Positions 1 through 7,784 of a stretch of 21,758 nucleotides of DNA are shown here, piece after piece. A model generated the notes under the pieces. The model had not been told where the DNA came from, made no database searches, and saw only the letters and a program-made list of their open reading frames with translations. The translations under genes were made by a program, and so were the position numbers. The stretch is taken from contig JBGFRX010000035.1 of assembly GCA_041694885.1 (NCBI GenBank), forward strand, positions 1 to 21,758, in the 5' to 3' direction. Positions within the stretch are counted from its first letter, which is position 1. Every line of letters starts with the position of its first letter. Source of the stretch: Candidatus Micrarchaeota archaeon. Its GTDB lineage: Archaea > Micrarchaeota > Micrarchaeia > Anstonellales > Bilamarchaeaceae.

Positions 1-985
1 TTTATATCGTCTCAAAAGGAATTTCACCAATCTTTCAGTTGGAAATTATTCGTTCTACGCATACGCAATTAATTCAGCAGGAAATTCAAACAAAACCGAA
101 ACAAGGATCGTATCAATCACTGCTGCTAGCACCGAAGGAAAGCCGCAAATACAATTCGTACCTCCCACTCCTGCCAACAACTCAATCCTTTATGCGAATT
201 CAGTTTACGTGAACACGAGTGTGAACGGAACAGGAAACCTGTCTGCATTCATCGACTTCAACCGCTCCCTTGTGGGCTACTGGAGCTTCGACAACATTTC
301 CGGAACTACAGTTTACGATTCTTCTAGTTACGGAAACAACGGAACAAACAACGGAGCAACGAATGCAACTGGAAAGTTCGGAAATGCCCTGAATTTCTCC
401 AACGCGCAGATCGCACTTGGCAATCCGCAGAGCCTGCGTATAACCGGCAATGAAATTACTATTGAGGCGTGGGCAAGACCCACCCGGAATGTTACTATAG
501 AGTGGTTGGTGAGCAAGTTCGATGACTGGGGAGGAGGCACATCCTATCTGCTGGTTTTCAGCAATCTCCGCTTCGCATTCGGCATAGGAGGGGGGCCGTG
601 GTTATACGCGCCATCAACGTCTGCTCTCCACGAATGGTATCACGTCGTGGGAGTGTACGACGGCAGCTACAACCGGCTCTACGTGAATGGAGTAGAAGTC
701 GCGAACGCCCCCCGTACAGGGGCGATTCCAGACAGCACCTCCGTTGTAAATATTGGGAAAAAATCCGCTTACCAAAATGAGCCGTTCTATGGGAACTTGG
801 ACGAGGTGAAGATCTGGAAACGCGCGCTTTCCCCAGAAGAGATAAACGCCTCCTACAATACCAATTTATATCGTCTCAAAAGGAATTTCACCAATCTTTC
901 AGTTGGAAATTATTCGTTCTACGCATACGCAATTAATTCAGCAGGAAATTCAAACAAAACCGAAACAAGGATCGTATCAATCACT
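1..985 (+). repeat. Exact 121-bp direct repeat (1..121 = 865..985), period 864 nt = 288 aa
   Basis: Both copies read tttatatcgtctcaaaagg...gtatcaatcact. The first difference is at 122/986. The first copy may extend beyond the window start. Confidence 0.95.
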
Positions 986-1264
986 ACTAAACCGGTGACC
1001 ATATTCACGCTCGTACTCTCGAACAAAATAACCTCCCCGCTTTATCTCCAGAAGATAATATTAAACGGTCACAACGTTACGTTCGATCCGTACGTGTATT
1101 TCCCCCCGCTCCAGAGGAAAACGGTGGTGTTCAACGTTTCTGAGGCGCTATGCAGTCGAGGCCAGATAATCCAGTTCGAAAATGTCATTTTCAATTACAG
1201 GCAGGGGACGATAGAAAACGTTTTGCAGAAAGGCACGATTCCCCTTGCACTGAGATGCAGCTGA
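2..1264 (+). CDS. Surface protein with Ig-like/LamG (concanavalin A-like) modules, 5'-truncated by the window edge
   Basis: Frame is open from position 2 (LYRLKRNFTNL...) into the 209..1264 ORF. LamG hallmarks: LVGYWSFD, D.S.YGNNGT, ITIEAW, WYHVVGVYDG, LYVNG, GNLDEVKIWKRALS.EEI. Many N-x-S/T sequons. Confidence 0.85.
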   Translation, partial: LYRLKRNFTNLSVGNYSFYAYAINSAGNSNKTETRIVSITAASTEGKPQIQFVPPTPANNSILYANSVYVNTSVNGTGNLSAFIDFNRSLVGYWSFDNISGTTVYDSSSYGNNGTNNGATNATGKFGNALNFSNAQIALGNPQSLRITGNEITIEAWARPTRNVTIEWLVSKFDDWGGGTSYLLVFSNLRFAFGIGGGPWLYAPSTSALHEWYHVVGVYDGSYNRLYVNGVEVANAPRTGAIPDSTSVVNIGKKSAYQNEPFYGNLDEVKIWKRALSPEEINASYNTNLYRLKRNFTNLSVGNYSFYAYAINSAGNSNKTETRIVSITTKPVTIFTLVLSNKITSPLYLQKIILNGHNVTFDPYVYFPPLQRKTVVFNVSEALCSRGQIIQFENVIFNYRQGTIENVLQKGTIPLALRCS

Positions 1265-1305
1265 ATGTTTTTATAGGTGCACAGCTAAATTGTAATGGTG
1301 CCATT

Positions 1306-1848
1306 ATGCTTAACATCAAGGAAATAGAAAAAGAGCTGCTGAAGAAGGAAGCGGCGCTTGACGAACTCATAAAGAAGAACAGAGAAATAGTGCGCATAAC
1401 CGCGAATTCCATAAAGGAGATGCACGCCGGGAACGTGGAAGCGGCGAAAGCCCTGCTCAAGTCGGCTGAAAGGGAAATAGCGGCAATCTCAAAAGAGGCG
1501 CAAAAACACGGGATGGACGTGAACCACATAATGCAGGAATACGCAGAGGCGAAAATAGTGCTCGCTGCAGTTGAAAGGAAAGAATTGCCCTCGAGTTCGG
1601 AACTGAACGCAATGCCCGAAGCGTACCTCAGCGGCCTTCTGGATGCAACAGGCGAATTGAAAAGAGAGATGTACGAGTCCCTCAGGAGAGGGAAGAAAAA
1701 GGATGCTGAGTATTATTTCAATCTGATGGAAAAAATCTACGACGAACTCCTTCCGCTCAAATTCTCCAACGCCCTTCTTCCGGATTTCAAGAGAAAGCAG
1801 GATGTGGCACGAATGCAGATCGAGCAGGCAAGAGGAGAACTCCTATGA
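1306..1848 (+). CDS. Translin/Trax family protein (C3PO-like RNase)
   Basis: ATG at 1306 follows GGTG. All-helical protein with REIVR, QEYAEA, YLSGLLDATGELKR and FKRKQDVAR motifs typical of archaeal translin/Trax. Confidence 0.85.
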   Translation: MLNIKEIEKELLKKEAALDELIKKNREIVRITANSIKEMHAGNVEAAKALLKSAEREIAAISKEAQKHGMDVNHIMQEYAEAKIVLAAVERKELPSSSELNAMPEAYLSGLLDATGELKREMYESLRRGKKKDAEYYFNLMEKIYDELLPLKFSNALLPDFKRKQDVARMQIEQARGELL

Positions 1849-2933
1849 CCAGTACAGTTGGTTTTTTCTTTGGGGTGAAACCCTCATGGGGAATCGTTCT
1901 CCTTTCCGCATTTTTCCTTTTGCTTCTTGCCGGCTGCCCTGGCCAACAGCCGAATTCCGCTAATGACCTGGAAGATGAGACGCGGCTCGTGGTGAGCCCG
2001 GTGACGATAATCGAGGAAAGGGAAAGCGTGATAACCGGGCAGGGCGCAGGAGTTGGCAGCGGAAACGGCTCATTTTTCAACAAGACCGTTCCTGATTACA
2101 AGTTCGAGCCGAACAAGACACTTTTCATTTTTTTCATCAACGTTTCGTTCATCAAAGACTGGAGCCCTGAAGCAGGCAACGAACGACAGGGAGAGGCAAT
2201 ACTGATAAAGAAAGGAGATGCCGACATACTCATAGATGCTGGCCCTGCTGAAAACGCGAATTACCTGATCAATTTTCTGAGGCAGAAAGGAGTCGATGAC
2301 ATAGAGCTGCTTATATCTACCCATGCGCGGCCCGAGAATTACGGCGCATTAGGCACTCTTTTGGACAACATTGAAGTGGAACAGTTCATGTGGAACGGCG
2401 ATACAGGGGGCGATGCAGCATACGCGGCGCTCGTAGAGAAAGCAAAGCAAAAGAGCAGGAAATCATTGGAAGCAGAATATCTTTCGGAAATAAGCATAAA
2501 CGGAATAAATCTTCTTGTGCTTAACCCAAGGAACTGGAGCGAGCGCTTCTCAGATATAGACAACAACGGAATAGTGCTCAAGATAACCGACAGGGATTTT
2601 TGCCTCATGACCACGGGGGACATCGCATACGGTGCGCAGGCAAAGATCTCTACAGGAAACGGCTTTGACCCAAAATGCGAAGTGCTCCAGATTCCTAACT
2701 ACGGCCTTGGCCTGGGAACTTCTCAGATAGACCTTCTTCTGCTCAAGGTCGCGCCCAAAACCGCGATAATAACCGGCTCTCCCTTTGACCCTGCAGACGA
2801 ACGGTATACCATAGAGGAAAAACTGAGAGTGAAAAGGATAAGATATTACGGGAATTTCAATTCGAGCAGGAATTCCACAAACATAGTGCGGATAACGAGC
2901 GATGGGTACAACTACTCAGTAATGCTGCAATAA
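1845..2933 (+). CDS. Lipoprotein with ComEC/Rec2-type metallo-beta-lactamase fold, degenerate active site
   Basis: Hydrophobic leader ending in the lipobox LAGC. MBL motifs QGEAILI, ILIDAG, LISTH, NNNGIVL, TGD. Start codon is uncertain. Confidence 0.75.
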   Translation: MTSTVGFFFGVKPSWGIVLLSAFFLLLLAGCPGQQPNSANDLEDETRLVVSPVTIIEERESVITGQGAGVGSGNGSFFNKTVPDYKFEPNKTLFIFFINVSFIKDWSPEAGNERQGEAILIKKGDADILIDAGPAENANYLINFLRQKGVDDIELLISTHARPENYGALGTLLDNIEVEQFMWNGDTGGDAAYAALVEKAKQKSRKSLEAEYLSEISINGINLLVLNPRNWSERFSDIDNNGIVLKITDRDFCLMTTGDIAYGAQAKISTGNGFDPKCEVLQIPNYGLGLGTSQIDLLLLKVAPKTAIITGSPFDPADERYTIEEKLRVKRIRYYGNFNSSRNSTNIVRITSDGYNYSVMLQ

Positions 2934-2942
2934 AAAAGAAAA

Positions 2943-3650
2943 TTACTTAAGGTATTTCGCAATCTCCTTCTCGCTAAGGCCTGTGAATTTCCTGTTCTTC
3001 CCCTCCACGTAGGAAATTTCCACATTTTCCGGCTGGAGCTTTTCCTCGCTCGTCTTCTTGAGCGCATTAAGCGCAAGCGCAATCGCATCATCAAGCGGCA
3101 TGTTGTCCTTGTATCCGTGCTCGAGAATTTCGTCAACCTCCTTCTTCCCGCTTCCTATCGAATCGGCCTTGAATCCAGTCATCGCACCAGAGGGCTCCGC
3201 CTCGTACAGTCGTGGTTGGGAATCATAGCCAGCAATCAACAGCGAAACGCCGAACGGCCTTATTCCGCCGTATTGCGTGTAAACCTGCATCAAATCGCAT
3301 ATGTTCCTCGCTATCGTCTCTGTAGGTGGGGGCTCGTTGTATGTAAGGCGATGCTTCTGCGCCTCGAGCCGGCCGGTGTCCACGAGCTTCCTCGCGTCCG
3401 CGATGAGCCCTGAAGCGGTGAATGCCACGTGCGTGTCAATGTCGAAAATCTTCCTTAGGGAATCGGGCACTATGAGCTTGCTGTAGGTGCTCTTGTGCGC
3501 TATGAGCGCCACGCTGTCCTTTGCAACTACCCCTATCGCCGTCGCGCCCCTTTTCACCGCCTCCTTTGCGTATTCTACCTGGAAAAGCCGTCCGTCAGGG
3601 CTGAAAACCGTTATTGCCCTGTCGTATGCCTGCGGAGATACACCGTACAT
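2943..3650 (-). CDS. psmA: Proteasome subunit alpha
   Basis: YDRAITVFSPDGRLFQVEYA and YTQYGGIRPFGVSLL signatures. SD-like GAGGTGTGA upstream. Confidence 0.98.
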   Translation of the reverse strand: MYGVSPQAYDRAITVFSPDGRLFQVEYAKEAVKRGATAIGVVAKDSVALIAHKSTYSKLIVPDSLRKIFDIDTHVAFTASGLIADARKLVDTGRLEAQKHRLTYNEPPPTETIARNICDLMQVYTQYGGIRPFGVSLLIAGYDSQPRLYEAEPSGAMTGFKADSIGSGKKEVDEILEHGYKDNMPLDDAIALALNALKKTSEEKLQPENVEISYVEGKNRKFTGLSEKEIAKYLK

Positions 3651-3724
3651 AATTCACACCTCGTTAGGATTAGCTATTTTGATTTTTTTAGTTATCTGTA
3701 TTCCCATATATAAAGCTATCTTCG

Positions 3725-4114
3725 TCAGTTCGCGTTTCTGTAAACCATAGTGAGCGTTTCCCCCTTCAGCCGTCTGAAGCAAAAGCCCTTCGCGCAGTAG
3801 AGCTTGAGCGCCGGATTCCTTATTTTCGTCTTGAGATAAATGTTTTTTCTTTTCTCTTTGGCATATCCGATGATTCTATCAAGAAGAAGCCCGCCGATGC
3901 CTCGTTTACGCGCTTTTTCCGCAACCCCAAGTCCTTTGAGAATTATTTTTTTCCGGTCTTCGCAAAAATGCGCGAACCCCTCTATGATGCCGTTTTCCTC
4001 AGCAGCGAGAAATTCATCTTCCTCACCTATTTTTGCCTTTGCATTGGGGAATACGCTGACCAGAAGCTTGTGCGTTTCCACGAAATCCGCTTTCGTTGCC
4101 TTCCTTATTCGCAT
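3725..4114 (-). CDS. GNAT family N-acetyltransferase
   Basis: MRIRKAT N-terminus, acetyl-CoA motif LGV..KARKRGIG, and NPALKLY.AKGF. Start 4114 chosen to avoid overlap with the upstream gene; 4141 is possible. Confidence 0.85.
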   Translation of the reverse strand: MRIRKATKADFVETHKLLVSVFPNAKAKIGEEDEFLAAEENGIIEGFAHFCEDRKKIILKGLGVAEKARKRGIGGLLLDRIIGYAKEKRKNIYLKTKIRNPALKLYCAKGFCFRRLKGETLTMVYRNAN

Positions 4115-4118
4115 AAAA

Positions 4119-4751
4119 TCAGAAATTTTTGAATTCCGCATTTGCCTTTCCGTCGCTTATCTCCACAGTGCAGAATTTCCATTTCTCTCCGCATGGGACC
4201 TTCACGACCAGTGTTTTCCCGAGGAGTCCGCTTCCGCTCGTTTCGTGCAGATGGCCGCAGAAGACGAGGAACGGCTTTTTCTCTTCTATTACCTTTCTTA
4301 TCGCCCTGCTTCCTATGCACCTTCCCTTTATTTCATCCTGAATCCCGTAAGGGGGCGCATGCACGAGCAGAATCGTCTTTTCATCAATATACAGTTCCTT
4401 CATCATTCCGTATATCTCCTTGTCAGCAAGTTCGTTCGGCGTATTGAAGGGAGTAGGATTCGAGAATCCAAAGCCCACGACATTATAATCATCCCCGATT
4501 TCCAGCCGTTTTCCGTGCGAGTAATTCCTCGCTTCGCGCATTATTTCCATCACTTCATTGCTTTCGTTGTTTCCGGGGATTATGTACGCATCCGGGAAGA
4601 TCTCCAGAAGTTCGCGCATGAAAGGAACTGAATTTTCAGTGCTGTCCCCTGCGATAAGCACATGGTCGAATTTTTCTTTCTTCAGTTCCCGCAATTTATC
4701 CAGCACAGTTTCATCGCCATGGATGTCGGCAAGAACAAGCAATTTCATCAT
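4119..4751 (-). CDS. Calcineurin-like metallophosphoesterase
   Basis: Motifs ADIHG, AGD, PGNNE, HAPP and CGHLHE. Confidence 0.92.
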   Translation of the reverse strand: MMKLLVLADIHGDETVLDKLRELKKEKFDHVLIAGDSTENSVPFMRELLEIFPDAYIIPGNNESNEVMEIMREARNYSHGKRLEIGDDYNVVGFGFSNPTPFNTPNELADKEIYGMMKELYIDEKTILLVHAPPYGIQDEIKGRCIGSRAIRKVIEEKKPFLVFCGHLHETSGSGLLGKTLVVKVPCGEKWKFCTVEISDGKANAEFKNF

Positions 4752-4757
4752 AATCCG

Positions 4758-5636
4758 CTACTTTCTTTTTTTGTAAGCAGGTTTTGTTATTTCATTCTTA
4801 GCTTCCGTTTCCTTCCCAACTTGGCCCGTGTTTGGAGCCATGGGCGCAGTGCGTATCTCCTCGAGCCGCTTGTCCAGATCATTTTTCAGCCCTTCGGCTA
4901 TGAACCTGTGCGAAAACGCATCCGCTTTCGAGGCGATCGCCAATTTTGCGGCAAGCACTCTTGCTATCCTGCCTCTCTGGTGCCTGGGTGCGGCCCCTAT
5001 TGCAGGATATTGGAATATTATTCCGTGCTTCGGAGAGCCGATCCTTCCTTTGGAGCGCAGGTGCTTGAACAACGCCTTCTCCGCGCCCAGAACCTGTATG
5101 GTGCTCGCAGGGAGAAGCGCAAGCTTCCTCAGCGAGCCAGCATGCGAAATCAACTTCGCTGCAATCTGCGCATTCGCAACGTGCTTCATGTTCGGGCAGA
5201 CCTCCTGCGCCATCTTCTCCTGGTAAGCATTCAGCTCATCGCGGAGCGCGTGCATATCCACTATCTGCTGCGCATACTTCCTCACTATTTTCATGTCAGC
5301 TGCGCTCAAGTCCGCACCCAACGATTTCTGCGCCTTCCCAACAAGGTCCGCCGCCTTTGCCACCCCGACGATTCCTTCAACTATTTTCGAATCAGTATTT
5401 TTCCTGTCGAATTTGACTATCACTTCCGCGTATTTTCTCTTGTCATCGTGCCTGAATTCCGGGAAGTAAGACGAATAGAGGTCCTCCAGCTTCTTGGTGA
5501 GCATATGTATTGCCTCGTCCAGTTCGTCTATGCTTTTCGTGAGGTAGCCGAGCATCATGTCCCTGCTCTTGAACGCTTCCGTGACCCCGAATTTCGCCTT
5601 CTTTACGAACTTTTCCCTTTTGCTTTCTCTTGGCAT
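4758..5636 (-). CDS. nop5: C/D box sRNP core protein Nop5 (Nop56/58 family), short form
   Basis: YFPE, PASTIQVLGAEKALF, PKHGIIFQ and RGRIARVLAAKLAIA.KAD motifs. SD AGGTGAT lies 4 nt before ATG 5636. Confidence 0.93.
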   Translation of the reverse strand: MPRESKREKFVKKAKFGVTEAFKSRDMMLGYLTKSIDELDEAIHMLTKKLEDLYSSYFPEFRHDDKRKYAEVIVKFDRKNTDSKIVEGIVGVAKAADLVGKAQKSLGADLSAADMKIVRKYAQQIVDMHALRDELNAYQEKMAQEVCPNMKHVANAQIAAKLISHAGSLRKLALLPASTIQVLGAEKALFKHLRSKGRIGSPKHGIIFQYPAIGAAPRHQRGRIARVLAAKLAIASKADAFSHRFIAEGLKNDLDKRLEEIRTAPMAPNTGQVGKETEAKNEITKPAYKKRK

Positions 5637-5688
5637 TATTATCACCTAAAACAAAATTTCATTTATAGTTCATTCGCATTATGATAGC

Positions 5689-6093
5689 TTATGCATTCTC
5701 ATTTTTGTATTTTCCAATCAGCGCGGCCGCGAATTGCCTCACAATTCCGATTTTTTTCGTCAGTTTGGCAACGTCCTCCTTCTTCACTTCACCGTATTCG
5801 TGTGCTATGAGGTTCCGCATGGTTATGAGCAGCTTCATTTTCGAGGCCAGTTTCGTATCGATGAATTTTTTCCTGGCAAGCTCATCCATCATCTCCTTGT
5901 AGGTGAGCGGCGCAGCCATCGCCTTGCTGCTCATGAATAGTTCCGCCAGCACTATGCTTTCGTTCACTATGCTGAAGACGATCATGGAGGTGGCGTAAAA
6001 ATCCCGCATGTCGGAAAATTCAGTCTTCCCGTACTTTTCGAGATCCTCGAAATATTTTTTTATGCGATTGAGCGTGTTTTCGATTTCATCCAT
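5689..6093 (-). CDS. HEPN/DUF86 (HepT-like) RNase toxin
   Basis: Rx4H motif RNLIAH followed by EY. 134 aa, overlapping the 3' end of the MNT gene. Confidence 0.9.
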   Translation of the reverse strand: MDEIENTLNRIKKYFEDLEKYGKTEFSDMRDFYATSMIVFSIVNESIVLAELFMSSKAMAAPLTYKEMMDELARKKFIDTKLASKMKLLITMRNLIAHEYGEVKKEDVAKLTKKIGIVRQFAAALIGKYKNENA

Positions 6094-6500
6094 TTCGCAA
6101 CACCTTCATAAATACGCTGCCGCATGCATCTGTAGGCAAGATGCTTCCCCACGACTTCCCTCCATTTCTTCGCAAAGGCGCACTTGTCCCTTATGAAGAT
6201 TGGTTTGCCTTCCCGCAGGACGTTTATTGCAATGTAATAGGGCATTCTTTCCATGAACGAAACGTCAACCGGCTTTTCAAATTCCATCGCTATGCGCGCC
6301 ATTTCTGCGCTGCTCATGCCGCTGCTGATCACGCAGACGTCTATGTCCCTTGCTTTGCCGGGATTTTTGAGATAGGAGCCGAAAACGTAGCACGCGCTTA
6401 TCTTCCTGTTTTTCCTCAGCGCCCTGAATTTTCCCAGCGCGCCGGCAACCCCGAATTTCGCCTTCTTTACGAACTTTTCCCTTTTGCTTTCCCTTGGCAT
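6060..6500 (-). CDS. Minimal nucleotidyltransferase (MntA-like antitoxin) with a Nop5-identical N-terminus
   Basis: YVFGSY...RDIDV (GS...DxD), VDVS..E.MP and NVLREGKPIF motifs. SD AGGTGAT precedes ATG 6500. Confidence 0.88.
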   Translation of the reverse strand: MPRESKREKFVKKAKFGVAGALGKFRALRKNRKISACYVFGSYLKNPGKARDIDVCVISSGMSSAEMARIAMEFEKPVDVSFMERMPYYIAINVLREGKPIFIRDKCAFAKKWREVVGKHLAYRCMRQRIYEGVAKWMKSKTRSIA

Positions 6501-6543
6501 TATTATCACCTAAAACAAGCGCTAAGATGTAGGTTAGAGAGTA

Positions 6544-6957
6544 TTAATAACTTTCGTCCGCTCCGCCGTTGTTTTTTTCTTTGCTCTTTTTCAGATATTC
6601 CACGTACGCCTTTTCCACACTTTTCTTATCGATACACCCGCCGTTGTGCTTATGCGGGACAAGGCCGCCTGAGAATTTCCCCGGTATGTGCATCAGTTCG
6701 TGAATGAGCACCTGAATCTTCCTTTCCTCGCCCAATCTGTCGAAGTGTTCGCTAACCACCTCGATTACGTAAAATGGATTAACTTCCAGCGCCTTCTGCC
6801 ATATCTTAGGCAGATTCCAGATTCTCGCGTACGCATTGGCCTTCGCGTTCGTGCTCCGCATGCATATTATTCTCGCACCTATTATGTGCCTCATCTCCAG
6901 TACGTCGAGTATGTGATCTATCTTCTCCTGTATGTCAGGCGCGTTCTCCACATCCAT
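6544..6957 (-). CDS. Putative zinc metallopeptidase (HExxH)
   Basis: VLIHELMHIP..FSGGL.PH and AYARIW.LPKIWQ.AL, resembling the small conserved archaeal metallopeptidase family. Start 6957 (ATG); GTG 7023 is an alternative. Confidence 0.8.
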   Translation of the reverse strand: MDVENAPDIQEKIDHILDVLEMRHIIGARIICMRSTNAKANAYARIWNLPKIWQKALEVNPFYVIEVVSEHFDRLGEERKIQVLIHELMHIPGKFSGGLVPHKHNGGCIDKKSVEKAYVEYLKKSKEKNNGGADESY

Positions 6958-7138
6958 GGCTCGAATTCGTTTCGATAGTTTATTTGGCTTTCGCGAAACT
7001 GATCCGGAAAACAGCCTCTTCACAAATAGTTTTTGCGATCCTGGAAGTCAAAGCCAGCGGAAAGCACCATTTTTAGGCGGCAGCAGTTTTAAAAACCCGA
7101 AAAGCCATAAAAATAGGAAAACAGGAAGAGGTTTTACG

Positions 7139-7441
7139 ATGCTGACCAAAAAAAAAATCCTATCGCTGCTCGAAAAGGATAAGAGTTATTTGAAATCCCG
7201 ATATCACATAAGGAAAATAGGAATATTTGGATCATATGCCATCCATCGCCAGAAAAAAGGCAGCGACGTGGACATTTTCGTGGAATTTTCAAAACCCGTG
7301 GATTTTGAATTTTTCGATATGGCGGCCCATCTGGAGAACCTTCTCGGGAAAAAGGTCGACATCATAACGCCGGCCGGACTGAAGAGCATACGCGTGCCCA
7401 GAGTCGCAAGGAGCATTGCCAAAAGTGTTGCATATGCCTGA
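7139..7441 (+). CDS. Minimal nucleotidyltransferase (MNT antitoxin)
   Basis: IGIFGSY...SDVDIFVEF and LENLLGKKVDI motifs. ~100 aa. TTTAAA TATA-like box near 7088. Confidence 0.92.
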   Translation: MLTKKKILSLLEKDKSYLKSRYHIRKIGIFGSYAIHRQKKGSDVDIFVEFSKPVDFEFFDMAAHLENLLGKKVDIITPAGLKSIRVPRVARSIAKSVAYA

Positions 7442-7772
7442 ACGGAAGGACGAGTATTTGCTCGCAGACATGGGAATGGCGTTGAAGAACATCATGGCTT
7501 ACGCCGATGACCTGGATTATGAGGATTTCCTCGAAGACAGGAAGACCCAGGATGCGGTCGTGCGGAATTTCGAGATATTGGGCGAAGCGGTAAAATCAAT
7601 ATCCGAAAACTTCAAAAAAGCAAATCCATCAATTCCATGGAAAAATATTGCAGCCGTACGCGACAAACTCATTCACCACTATTTTGGCGTGAACTATGAA
7701 GTGGTATGGGGCATCATAACCAATAACCTCCCGGATGTATTGGCAGAAGTAAGGAAAGCCAGGAAAAAGTAA
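7434..7772 (+). CDS. HEPN/DUF86 (HepT-like) RNase toxin
   Basis: DAVVRNFEILGEAVK, IPWKNIA and RDKLIHHYFGV (Rx4HxY). Overlaps the MNT stop. Confidence 0.93.
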   Translation: MPERKDEYLLADMGMALKNIMAYADDLDYEDFLEDRKTQDAVVRNFEILGEAVKSISENFKKANPSIPWKNIAAVRDKLIHHYFGVNYEVVWGIITNNLPDVLAEVRKARKK

Positions 7773-7784
7773 TGTTGATCTTGC

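Larger units (their letters stand above)
5584..6518 (-). repeat. 71-bp direct repeat (5584..5654 and 6448..6518; 70/71 identical) covering the SD and first ~18 codons of nop5, flanking the MNT-HEPN cassette
   Basis: Aligned by eye. The single mismatch at 5628/6492 is synonymous (AGA/AGG, Arg). Both downstream ORFs begin MPRESKREKFVKKAKFGV. Confidence 0.95.

Noticed and set aside
1..988. LamG repeat as a DGR template/variable region pair
   Set aside because: The copies are identical rather than differing at adenines, both are in-frame coding, and no reverse transcriptase is in the window.
4662..5684. Long antisense ORFs (e.g. 3840..4631, 4662..5684, 7694..8425, 16613..17474, 18101..18913)
   Set aside because: Shadow frames of well-supported genes on the opposite strand.
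1..6518. Both direct-repeat pairs (1/865 and 5584/6448) are offset by exactly 864 nt
   Set aside because: The repeats are unrelated in sequence and context, and no mechanism links them. Treated as coincidence, but worth remembering when checking the assembly.
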